Assembly: GCA_049589355.1 (NCBI GenBank) | Contig: JBAWAP010000280.1 | Location: forward strand, 32-64,031 | Reading direction: 5' to 3' | Length of the DNA stretch: 64,000 nt | DNA from: Anaerolineae bacterium | GTDB taxonomy: Bacteria; Chloroflexota; Anaerolineae; VGOG01 | In this document: in pieces, positions 28,538-37,078 of the stretch | How positions within the stretch are numbered: the first letter of the stretch is position 1 | How the letters are laid out: the number at the start of each line of letters is the position of its first letter | Notes under the pieces: generated by a model | The model's database searches: none | What the model was told of the DNA's origin: nothing | Seen by the model: the letters and a program-made list of their open reading frames with translations, nothing else | Translations under genes and position numbers: made by a program

Positions 28538-31500
28538 ATGAGGACAATCTTCGACAGTTGTGAACCGCGATCCGAGGTTCTGAAAGGCGAGCTGCGAGAC
28601 GAAATCTTCGCGGCCCGGTTGAGAGATGTGATCATCGGCAAGGCCGATCCTGTCTATCAGGACCCTGTTATCTTCTTTGACAACACTTATCCCACCGAGG
28701 GCCTCAAGCTGCTGCTGGACGAAGGGCTGGGACGGCTGACTGGCCTCAAACCGGCCAGTAACGCCATCATCCGCCTAGAGACGGCCTTTGGCGGCGGCAA
28801 GACCCACAATCTAATCGCTCTCTACCATGCAACGATGGGCTATCGGCCCAGCGCCTCGCTGGTGGACACGGCACTCATTCCAATGCCGGGCTCCATCCAG
28901 GTGGTGGGCGTTGTTGGCTCGGACCTGCAGCCCTCGACGGGACTGGCTCACAACGGGTTCAGAACCTACACCCTCTGGGGTGAGATCGTTGCTCAGTTGA
29001 CCGATGACCAGGACCCCGCTCTGGTAGAACAAAGTGAGCGGGACAAGGTCGCCCCGGGCACCGGGCTGTGGGAGGAGTTGATCGGCGACGAACCCATGCT
29101 GATCATGCTGGACGAGATAGCCCGCCACCTGCGGGCAGCCAAGGCAGTGCCTACCACTACTGGCAAGTCGGACCTGGCTGAGCAGACGGTGGCCTTCCTC
29201 ATGTCCCTCTTCGAGTTCGCGGCCAGCAAGGAGCGAGTGGTGGTAGTCTACACCCTGGCCGATCCTCAAGATGCCTTCGGCAAGGAGACCGAGGAGCTGC
29301 GCCAGGAGCTGGCCGAAGCCAGGCGCGTCTCGGCGCGTCAGGAGCGTGTCATCACTCCTACAGGCGAGACCGAGATCTCGGCCATTGTCACCCACCGCCT
29401 GTTCCGACGCATAGATCACGCTGCTGGCCAGGCCACGGCTGCCGCCTACGCTGCCTACCTCAAGATGGCCCTGGATCAGAGCGCCGATCTACCCTCTCGG
29501 GCCGCCAGGGCCGAGTACGCCCAGGAGATGGTCAACGACTATCCCTTCCACCCCGAGCTACTGACTACCCTCAACCGCAAGACCTCGACCATTCCCAACT
29601 TTCAGAAGACCCGTGGCGCGCTGCGGCTGCTGGCCAGGGTGATCCGCCGCCTGTGGGAGAGGCGCCCGCCGGACGCTTACCTGATTCATCCCTATCACCT
29701 CGATCTGGCGGTGGAGGATATCGCTGGTGACTTGACCAGTCGCCTGGAGCGGCCGGCCTTTAAACAGGTGATCGAAGCGGACATCGTCAGTCCCAAGGCT
29801 GGCTCGCCAGCCCATGCCCAGTTGATTGACGTCTCCTGGCTGGAGGCCGGCAAACCGCCTTATGCTCGCCGCATCGCCACCACCGCCTTCTTGCACAGCC
29901 TGACCCAGGGCATCGCCACCGGAGTGGACCCGGCCGACCTGGCTCTGGCCGTGCTCCAGCCTGACGACGACCCCACCATGGTGGCCAAGGCTGCCGAGCG
30001 ACTGTACGACATCGGCTGGTTCTTCGAGTGGGATGGGCGCCGCTACCGCTTCAAGACCGAGCCGTCACTCAACAAGATTGTGACCGATGAGATGGGGTTG
30101 GTGGGACGTACCAAGGCCAAGGCTGAACTGGATGGGCGTATCCGTCAGGTGTGGAAAACGGGTTATTTCAAGCCGGCCTATTTCCCCAGCGAAGCCGGTG
30201 ACGTGGACGACGACGCCGACAAGCCCAAGTTGGTGGTCATCCACTACGACGCCGCCACCAGCAACGCTGGGGCAGCGGCTCCACCCGACCTGGTGCGCAA
30301 GATCTTCGACCACGCCGGGGCACTGCAGGGTTACCGTATCTATAAGAACAACGTCTTGTTCCTGGTGGCCGACGAAGACCAGGTGGAGAACATGGTGCAG
30401 GTAGCGCAGCGGTATCTGGCTATCGGGCGCATCACTGGCGACGCCGAGCGGATGGGGGAGTTCCACGAGGAGCAGCGCAAGAAGCTGAAGAAGATGGGCG
30501 AGGCCGCCGAGTTGGACGTGCGAGTGGCTATCACCAAAGCCTGTAAGTACCTCTACTATCCCAGTGCCGACGCCCCGCAGAAACACAGCAACCTGGCTCG
30601 CGAGACGCTACCCGCCCAGGATCAGGGTGAAGTCAACCAGGACCAGAGCAACGTGGTGCTGCGGGTGCTGAAGCAGTTGCAGAAGGTCCTGACAGCCGAC
30701 GATTCAACCCTGCCAGCCGCCTTTGTCAAGGCCAAAGCCTGGGATACGGGTCAGGCGAGCATGTCCACCGAGGATATGCGCCGTGCCTTCGCCCGCCGCA
30801 TGGGACTGCGCATCCTATTGGACCTGAACCAGCTCAAGAAGACCGTCCGCAACGGCATCAGCCAGGGCATCTGGGTCTACTACGACACGCCCGAACAGAT
30901 TGGCTACGGGCCGGAATCCCCAAGTCCCATGGTGCAGATCAGCGAGGATGTTCTCCTGTACACGCTGGAGGAAGCCAGACGGCTGGGGCTACGTATCAAA
31001 GGGGAGCGGGAAGAGGGCATTGGCCTTGAGGAGACTTGCCCTATCTGCCACCGGCCCGTCAGCCAGTGCATCTGTGGCCAGGCCTGTCCGGTGTGCGGGC
31101 AGGACCCGTGTGTCTGCGGAGTGAGGATCCGACTCCACGCCGATGGCGCGCCAGCCCAGGCTTTCCAGGGACTTCTCGATCAGTGTCACGACCAGGGTGT
31201 GACCAGCTTGGGCCGCCTCTTCGTGCGCATTGAGGGGAGGGACAGAGAGGGAGCGATGGAGGCCCGGGCCATGGGGCTGGCCATCCCCCAGTTGGGCAAG
31301 GGGCAATTCCGTGTAGAGCAGTCCTTCAACGCCGAGTTCGGCGAGGCCGAGTCACTGAGCCTGGTCTTTAACGGTGCTTGGGACCGCTACAAGCGGGTCA
31401 AGCAATTGACTGACGCCTTCGGCCACGAGGCCAGCAAGCTGTTGGCCAGGACCACTCTGCGGGCCGATTTCCCCGATGGCCTGGCCGTGGACTCAGACCA

Positions 31501-31588
31501 GTTCCAGACCATCCACGAGGTGTTCATCACGCTTGGCTTCGGGCACATGGTACTGGATGCGGAGCCGTGGATAGAAGAACACTCGTAG
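28538..31588 (+). CDS. DUF499-family P-loop ATPase (1016 aa), defence-island type
   Basis: N-terminus MRTIFDSCEPRSEVLKGELRDEIFAA.. and ..ETAFGGGKTHNL.. Walker A typical of DUF499; Cys-rich insert CPICHRPVSQCICGQACPVCGQDPCVCG near C-terminus. Confidence 0.7.
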   Translation: MRTIFDSCEPRSEVLKGELRDEIFAARLRDVIIGKADPVYQDPVIFFDNTYPTEGLKLLLDEGLGRLTGLKPASNAIIRLETAFGGGKTHNLIALYHATMGYRPSASLVDTALIPMPGSIQVVGVVGSDLQPSTGLAHNGFRTYTLWGEIVAQLTDDQDPALVEQSERDKVAPGTGLWEELIGDEPMLIMLDEIARHLRAAKAVPTTTGKSDLAEQTVAFLMSLFEFAASKERVVVVYTLADPQDAFGKETEELRQELAEARRVSARQERVITPTGETEISAIVTHRLFRRIDHAAGQATAAAYAAYLKMALDQSADLPSRAARAEYAQEMVNDYPFHPELLTTLNRKTSTIPNFQKTRGALRLLARVIRRLWERRPPDAYLIHPYHLDLAVEDIAGDLTSRLERPAFKQVIEADIVSPKAGSPAHAQLIDVSWLEAGKPPYARRIATTAFLHSLTQGIATGVDPADLALAVLQPDDDPTMVAKAAERLYDIGWFFEWDGRRYRFKTEPSLNKIVTDEMGLVGRTKAKAELDGRIRQVWKTGYFKPAYFPSEAGDVDDDADKPKLVVIHYDAATSNAGAAAPPDLVRKIFDHAGALQGYRIYKNNVLFLVADEDQVENMVQVAQRYLAIGRITGDAERMGEFHEEQRKKLKKMGEAAELDVRVAITKACKYLYYPSADAPQKHSNLARETLPAQDQGEVNQDQSNVVLRVLKQLQKVLTADDSTLPAAFVKAKAWDTGQASMSTEDMRRAFARRMGLRILLDLNQLKKTVRNGISQGIWVYYDTPEQIGYGPESPSPMVQISEDVLLYTLEEARRLGLRIKGEREEGIGLEETCPICHRPVSQCICGQACPVCGQDPCVCGVRIRLHADGAPAQAFQGLLDQCHDQGVTSLGRLFVRIEGRDREGAMEARAMGLAIPQLGKGQFRVEQSFNAEFGEAESLSLVFNGAWDRYKRVKQLTDAFGHEASKLLARTTLRADFPDGLAVDSDQFQTIHEVFITLGFGHMVLDAEPWIEEHS

Positions 31589-31640
31589 TAACGACTTTAG
31601 CTCGACATTGTTAAATTCGCTGTCGTAGCCAACAAAGGAT

Positions 31641-31852
31641 GTCATTGCGAGTCTTCCATGGCGCGGTGCGCCATCCGTAGGGGGCAGAAACTTGGGCGAG
31701 GTTCGTAGTAACAGCTTTAGCTGTCGTTTGGCAGCAAAGGCGACTAAAGTCGTCTACGAACCAAGTTTCTGAGTAGCGCAGCGAAGCAATCTCCCGCCTT
31801 CAAATGCAAGCAACGGTGGAGATTGCTTCGTCGCTGCGCTCCTCGCAATGAC
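31641..31852. repeat. GTCATTGCGAG-type MITE copy carrying an internal GTTCGTAGTAACAGCTTTAGC/GACTAAAGTCGTCTACGAAC palindrome; surrounded by further GTAGTAACGACTTTAGTC-type repeats (31592, 31893, 31935)
   Basis: Seen directly. Confidence 0.8.
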
Positions 31853-31968
31853 ACTTGGCCTGGAATCTAACAATGTCAAGTTAGTCGTTAATTGTGAACG
31901 ACTGAAGTCGTTACTACGGCGTTGCTACAACTTGTAGTAATGACTTTAGTCGTTCAAGGAGACCAAAT

Positions 31969-32898
31969 GTGAAGGCGCTTTCCATCCGCCAACCCTGGGC
32001 TGAGTTGATCCTCCAGGGACGCAAGACTATCGAACTGCGCACCTGGCCGACGAGCTACCGCGGCCGCATCGCCATCCATGCCAGCCAGACAGTTCGAGAG
32101 GAGGCTTGCATTGCCTATGGTCTGGATCCGGCCAGAATGGTGCGCGGCGCGCTGGTGGGCACGGTGGAACTGGTGGACGTTTTGCCGCTGGACGAGGCGG
32201 CATGGGAGGCTCTGCGCGATCAGCACCTGTCGTTGAGTGACTTCCCCGGCCCGATGTTCGGCTGGCGGCTGGAGGCCCCCCAACGCCTGCCCCAGCCGAT
32301 CCCCATGCGCGGCCGCATGAGCCTGTTTAATGTGGCCGATGAGGTGATAGCGGGAAAAGCACCACATTCCCCCCTCTCCCAGGGTTGGGAGAGGGGGCTA
32401 GGGGGTGAGGGCTTTGCGCCGCCCAAGGTGACCTATAACACGCGGGCCGATGCGCCGGCCTACGACCCTGAAAAACCCTTCGAGCTGTGGGTGGTTCCCT
32501 GCGATGGCGGCGACTATGGCCTGGCGTTGTATCAGTGGCCCGTGGCGGCCAATCGTGAGATCCCAAAGCCCCAGCGACTGGTGGAGCTGGCTGGCGATTC
32601 GCTGCGGGCTGTGGCCGACCACGTGCTGGAAGCGTTGCGCAAGAGTGACTATAAGGTGACCGACCTGTCTCACAACCGCCAAAAGCCCTTCCGCCTGGAC
32701 GAAGAGACGGGCTTGCGCCTGGGCCTGCTCTTTCTGGCTGTCAAACCATTGACCCGCATGGATCGCGTCGAGGCCATCTCTAGCGGCTTACGCACCATGC
32801 CGTCCGAGGAAGCCTACTATTGGTTCAGCAAGTGCACCGCTGAGGCGAGCGCTGTCAATGCCCAGCGGGCGCTGCGAATTTTGTTGGCTGGAGAGTGA
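31969..32898 (+). CDS. ASCH (PUA-like) domain protein with ~190-aa uncharacterized C-terminal region
   Basis: ..LSIRQPWAELILQGRKTIELRTW.. ASCH signature; GTG start with AAGGAGA RBS. Confidence 0.7.
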   Translation: MKALSIRQPWAELILQGRKTIELRTWPTSYRGRIAIHASQTVREEACIAYGLDPARMVRGALVGTVELVDVLPLDEAAWEALRDQHLSLSDFPGPMFGWRLEAPQRLPQPIPMRGRMSLFNVADEVIAGKAPHSPLSQGWERGLGGEGFAPPKVTYNTRADAPAYDPEKPFELWVVPCDGGDYGLALYQWPVAANREIPKPQRLVELAGDSLRAVADHVLEALRKSDYKVTDLSHNRQKPFRLDEETGLRLGLLFLAVKPLTRMDRVEAISSGLRTMPSEEAYYWFSKCTAEASAVNAQRALRILLAGE

Positions 32899-32969
32899 AG
32901 TGAAGGGAATGACCTGTCCGCTCCCCTGGAGTGTGAGTAGTGAAGTGTTGTTAAATTAAGGAGGATGAT

Positions 32970-33221
32970 ATGTCTGAGCTTTATTCTGTAACCGGCACCC
33001 TGTCGGATGAGCAAACAGTCATACTGGACAGACCTATTCCTCTGCCCATTGGTCGCGTGCGCTTGACCGTTGAAACGTTGCCCGCTGCCAAGCCTGATAG
33101 AACATTCCTCAGCAAGCTGCAGGCAATTCGCCAGGCTCTGCGCGCTAGCGGCTATCGCCCCTGCACCAGAGAAGAAATTGATGCGCAGACTACGCGCCCG
33201 CTATCGCTTCAGAACCCCTGA
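32970..33221 (+). CDS. Hypothetical small protein (83 aa)
   Basis: ORF with RBS GGAGGA; no family recognised. Confidence 0.4.
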   Translation: MSELYSVTGTLSDEQTVILDRPIPLPIGRVRLTVETLPAAKPDRTFLSKLQAIRQALRASGYRPCTREEIDAQTTRPLSLQNP

Positions 33222-33235
33222 CGCAGGAGGCGCAG

Positions 33236-36200
33236 ATGAACCCACCCCCCACCCTCATCGAATCCTGGCTGCCCTTCGAAGCCATTGGCGCGGAGAGCCA
33301 GCGCGAGCGGGGCGCCAGCAGCGCCTTGCCGCCGCTGTACTTCTTGCACGTCTGGTGGGCGCGCCGCCCGCTGACGGTGAGCCGTGCCGCAGTGCTGGCT
33401 GGCCTCTTGCCAGACTTCCGAAGTCTTGGAGACTTCGGAAGTCTCGACCTGCGCCAGAAGTTCCCTACCGAAGAGGCGTACCGCGCCTGGTTCACCCGCC
33501 TGCTGGGCATCCTGGGTGACCCGGTGACTGGCCGCAAGCTGCTTGCGCGTGCCCGTCAGGTCGGAAAGAAGATCCCCAACCCCTACGAGCACGGCCGGGC
33601 GTTCACGTACAATCCCCCGGCTGAGGAACTGGAAACAATGCTCGACCTGCTGGAGCAGGCATGGGGCACCCGCGAGATCACGGTCATGGATCCCATGGCC
33701 GGCGGAGGCTCCATCCCCTTCGAAGCCCTACGCTATGGCTTCACCGTGCTGGCTGGCGAATTGAACCCGGTCGCCGCGGTTATCCTCAAAGCCACCCTGG
33801 ACTACCCGGCTCGCTTCGGCCCGGCCCTGGCCGACGACATCCGCAGGTGGGGCAAGCGTTGGTACGAGTTGGTCAAACCCAGGCTGGAACCCTACTTCAC
33901 GCCGTTGCCACCAGGGGCTGAAGGCGCTGCCTACCTATGGGCGCGCACCGTCGCCTGCCCGACGACCGGCAAGCTGGTGCCTCTTTCCCCCAACTGGTGG
34001 CTGAGCAAGGGCAGCGACCTCGTGGCTGTGCGCCTGCTCACCAACCCCGCCTGGGACGAGCCACGCTTCGAGATCGTGCGCGGCTCTCCCCTCTCCCTGC
34101 CAGGGAGAGGGGCCGGGGGTGAGGGTTGGACCTTCGACCCCGACGAGGGCACAGTTAGCCGAGGGGTGGGACGCTCTCCCTGGACGGGCGAAGCCATTGA
34201 CGGCGACTACATCAAACGAGAGGCTCAGGCCGGCCGCATGGGGCAGATGCTGTACGCCGTGGCGGTGAAGAAGCCTGGTGGTTTCGACTTCCGCCCACAC
34301 ACAGAGGAGGACCTGGCCGCCGTCCGTCGCGCCGAGGCCGCCTTGGCCGAGAACCTGCCCCGCTGGGAGGCGGCCGGGTTGGTGCCGCGAGAGCCGTTCC
34401 CCGGCGGCAACGACCCCCGCCCACTGCTCTACGGCATGCCCACCTGGGCCGACTTCTTCTCTCCCCGCCAACTCCTCTCCCTGGTCACCTTCCTGGGGGC
34501 GCTGCGGGAGGTGGGTGCGGAGATGCGGCGGGAGATGGATGAGGAGCGGGCCGAGGCGGTGGAGACGTATTTGGCCTTTGCGCTGAACAAATGCCCAAAC
34601 TATAGCTCACGAATGTCGGTATGGCATCCGCTGCGTACCTCAATGGCAAATACCTTCAACCGCCATGACTTTAGCTTTGCTTGGAGTCATGGCGAGTTTG
34701 ATGCTGCTCACAACTTGCTACCCTGGGCTGTCAGCCAGATAGAGGATGCCTACAAAGGCCTGGCCATACTGACTGTTTCTGCCCAGATCCCTCTGTGGGG
34801 CAGTGATGGCGGCTCGCCCGTCGAGCGACTGCAAATCTGGCAGGGCTCAGCCACTGACCTCAGCCAAGTTGAGAGCTGCTCCGTCCACCACATCTGCGTG
34901 GACCCGCCCTACTATGACAACGTCATGTACGCTGAGCTCAGCGACTTCTTCTACGTCTGGCTCAAACGCAGTGTGGGCCACCTGTACCCCGAATTCTTCC
35001 GCGATACTTTGACCAATAAGGACGACGAAGCAGTGGCCAACCCCGCCCGCTTCAAGGCCCTCGCTTCCCCCTCTCCCGCTTCCCCCCTAAGGTTGGGGGG
35101 GACCGTGGGGGGGCGGAGAGGGGGGCAGGGGGTGAGGGACCTGGCCAAACGGGACTACGAACGCAAGATGGCCGCTTGCTTCCGCGAGATGCACCGCACC
35201 TTGCGCGACGACGGCGTGTTGACCGTCATGTTCACCCACAAGCAGGTGGAGGCCTGGGATACCCTGGCCACCGCGCTCATCGGCGCCGGCTTCACCATCA
35301 AAGCCTCCTGGCCTGTCCACACCGAGTCCGAGCACTCCCTGCACCAGGCCCAGAAGAACGCCGCTGCCAGTACCATCCTGCTGGTCTGCCGCAAACGAGC
35401 AGACAAGGAGACAAGGGGACAAGGAGACAGAGAGACAATCTCCGTGTCTCCCCCTCACCTTGTCTCCCCCTCTCAAGTGTGGTGGGATGACATCAAGGGC
35501 CGGGTGCGGCAGGTGGCACGGGAGAAGGCGGCTGAGTTCGCTGAACAGGGTGTCAGCGGGGTGGACCTGTACATCAGCACCTTCGGCCCTGTCCTGTCTG
35601 TCATCTCCGAGCGCTGGCCGGTGCTGACCAGCGAGGTGGATGAAAAGACAGGCCAGCCTAAGCCCCTACGCCCCGAAACCGCCCTTGACCTGGCCCGCGA
35701 GGAGGTCATCGCCCTGCGCAAGCGAGGACTGCTGCTGGGACGGGATATCCAGTTCGACCCCGTCACCGACTGGTACCTGATGGCCTGGGATGCCTTCAAA
35801 GCCGAGGAGTTCCCCGCCGACGAGGCGCGCAAGCTGGCCATCGCCCTGGGGTTGGACATCGAGGAGGACCTGGTGCGGCGCAAGCGGGTCATCGGCAAGA
35901 AGGGCAGCTTTGTGGTGCTGCAACAGCCCAAACACCGCCGCCGCAAGCACCTGGCCGACCCTGAGGCTGTGGTCTTCGACACCCTCCTGGACGCCGCCCA
36001 CGCCGCCATGCTCATCTACCACGAAGATGGGCCACTGGCCTGTGAAAGCTTCCTCAAGCGCACTGGCCTGCTGACCGACAGCACCTTCAAGGCCTGCCTC
36101 CAGGCCCTGCTCAACGCCATCCCCCGCACCCAGATCAAGGGCAGATTCGTCCGCCCCGAAGCCGACCTCCTGGAGCGTCTGCGAATGGCCTTCTTTGAGG

Positions 36201-36265
36201 ATTTGGAGGTGCCGGTGGAGGAGGAGGCGGGGGCGGTCATACAACAGCTAGGGTTGGACATCTAG
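33236..36265 (+). CDS. DUF1156-family adenine-specific DNA methyltransferase-like protein (1009 aa)
   Basis: N-terminus ..LIESWLPFEAIGAESQRER..LHVWWARRPL.. (DUF1156 hallmark); DPPY motif (..HHICVDPPYYDNVMY..) at ~34901. Confidence 0.75.
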   Translation: MNPPPTLIESWLPFEAIGAESQRERGASSALPPLYFLHVWWARRPLTVSRAAVLAGLLPDFRSLGDFGSLDLRQKFPTEEAYRAWFTRLLGILGDPVTGRKLLARARQVGKKIPNPYEHGRAFTYNPPAEELETMLDLLEQAWGTREITVMDPMAGGGSIPFEALRYGFTVLAGELNPVAAVILKATLDYPARFGPALADDIRRWGKRWYELVKPRLEPYFTPLPPGAEGAAYLWARTVACPTTGKLVPLSPNWWLSKGSDLVAVRLLTNPAWDEPRFEIVRGSPLSLPGRGAGGEGWTFDPDEGTVSRGVGRSPWTGEAIDGDYIKREAQAGRMGQMLYAVAVKKPGGFDFRPHTEEDLAAVRRAEAALAENLPRWEAAGLVPREPFPGGNDPRPLLYGMPTWADFFSPRQLLSLVTFLGALREVGAEMRREMDEERAEAVETYLAFALNKCPNYSSRMSVWHPLRTSMANTFNRHDFSFAWSHGEFDAAHNLLPWAVSQIEDAYKGLAILTVSAQIPLWGSDGGSPVERLQIWQGSATDLSQVESCSVHHICVDPPYYDNVMYAELSDFFYVWLKRSVGHLYPEFFRDTLTNKDDEAVANPARFKALASPSPASPLRLGGTVGGRRGGQGVRDLAKRDYERKMAACFREMHRTLRDDGVLTVMFTHKQVEAWDTLATALIGAGFTIKASWPVHTESEHSLHQAQKNAAASTILLVCRKRADKETRGQGDRETISVSPPHLVSPSQVWWDDIKGRVRQVAREKAAEFAEQGVSGVDLYISTFGPVLSVISERWPVLTSEVDEKTGQPKPLRPETALDLAREEVIALRKRGLLLGRDIQFDPVTDWYLMAWDAFKAEEFPADEARKLAIALGLDIEEDLVRRKRVIGKKGSFVVLQQPKHRRRKHLADPEAVVFDTLLDAAHAAMLIYHEDGPLACESFLKRTGLLTDSTFKACLQALLNAIPRTQIKGRFVRPEADLLERLRMAFFEDLEVPVEEEAGAVIQQLGLDI

Positions 36266-36292
36266 ATCGAACCGAGAAAGGAGTTCACACTG

Positions 36293-36667
36293 ATGACAGA
36301 GCATAAGGTGTTGATACCGGACCAGATGTTTGCTGAATTGATGCCGATATCGGAGCAGGAAGACAAAGAAATCAGCGATCTGGTTATAGAAGCATTGCAG
36401 CGGTATCTTTGGGAGGCCAAAGAACGCAAGATTGACCGGGAAATGGAGGCGTACCGTATGATGCACGCCGAACTGAAAGGACGTTTCCTAGGCGAGTACG
36501 TAGCTATTCACAATGGCGAGTTGGTGGATCACGACACTGATCGCCGTGCCCTGTCTCGACGGGTGCGACGAGAATACGGGAACACGGTAGTGCTCATCAC
36601 CCCCGTCGAGGATGAGCCAGAACGGGAGTTCTTGATGCTGAGTCCTCGATTTGAACGAGGTGTATGA
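36293..36667 (+). CDS. Small protein, DUF5678-like C-terminal domain (124 aa)
   Basis: ..YVAIHNGELVDHDTDRRALSRRVRREYGNTVVLI..; overlaps next gene by 4 bp. Confidence 0.45.
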   Translation: MTEHKVLIPDQMFAELMPISEQEDKEISDLVIEALQRYLWEAKERKIDREMEAYRMMHAELKGRFLGEYVAIHNGELVDHDTDRRALSRRVRREYGNTVVLITPVEDEPEREFLMLSPRFERGV

Positions 36668-37050
36668 TGCGATATCCTTACGACAGTCGTTACCATCCTC
36701 CGATGCCGGTTGTTGAGGTTGCTTTAGGCGTATCAGAGGGCGATTTCCCGTTGGAGCCGCTTCCTAGCATCATAGATACCGGCGCAGACATCACGATCGT
36801 GCCCAGGGAATACCTAATGCGCCTGGATGCACCGGTTGTTGCCAGTGGGTATCTGCGCAGCCCGTGGGGAGGCCGATCCAGTGTCAAGATATACGAAGTC
36901 AACGTGCGTGTCGGGGAACATGACCTGTATGGTGTTGAAGTTGCGGGTGAACCAGGCGGGCGCGAAGTGTTGTTGGGACGTAACTTGTTGAACCAGTTGG
37001 ATCTACGACTGGATGGGCCGAATGAGACCGTGGTTGTATTGTCAGGTTAG
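36664..37050 (+). CDS. Retropepsin-like (clan AA) aspartic protease, 128 aa
   Basis: ..SIIDTGADITIVP.. D-T/S-G-A active-site motif. Confidence 0.65.
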   Translation: MMRYPYDSRYHPPMPVVEVALGVSEGDFPLEPLPSIIDTGADITIVPREYLMRLDAPVVASGYLRSPWGGRSSVKIYEVNVRVGEHDLYGVEVAGEPGGREVLLGRNLLNQLDLRLDGPNETVVVLSG

Positions 37051-37078
37051 CTAGAGTATCTGTCCAAGAAGACCAACG

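Noticed and set aside
33543-36261. Numerous internal/antisense ORFs within the DUF1156 gene (e.g. 35473..36015, 35666..36244)
   Set aside because: Overlap a single long ORF with coherent motif content; typical high-GC shadow ORFs
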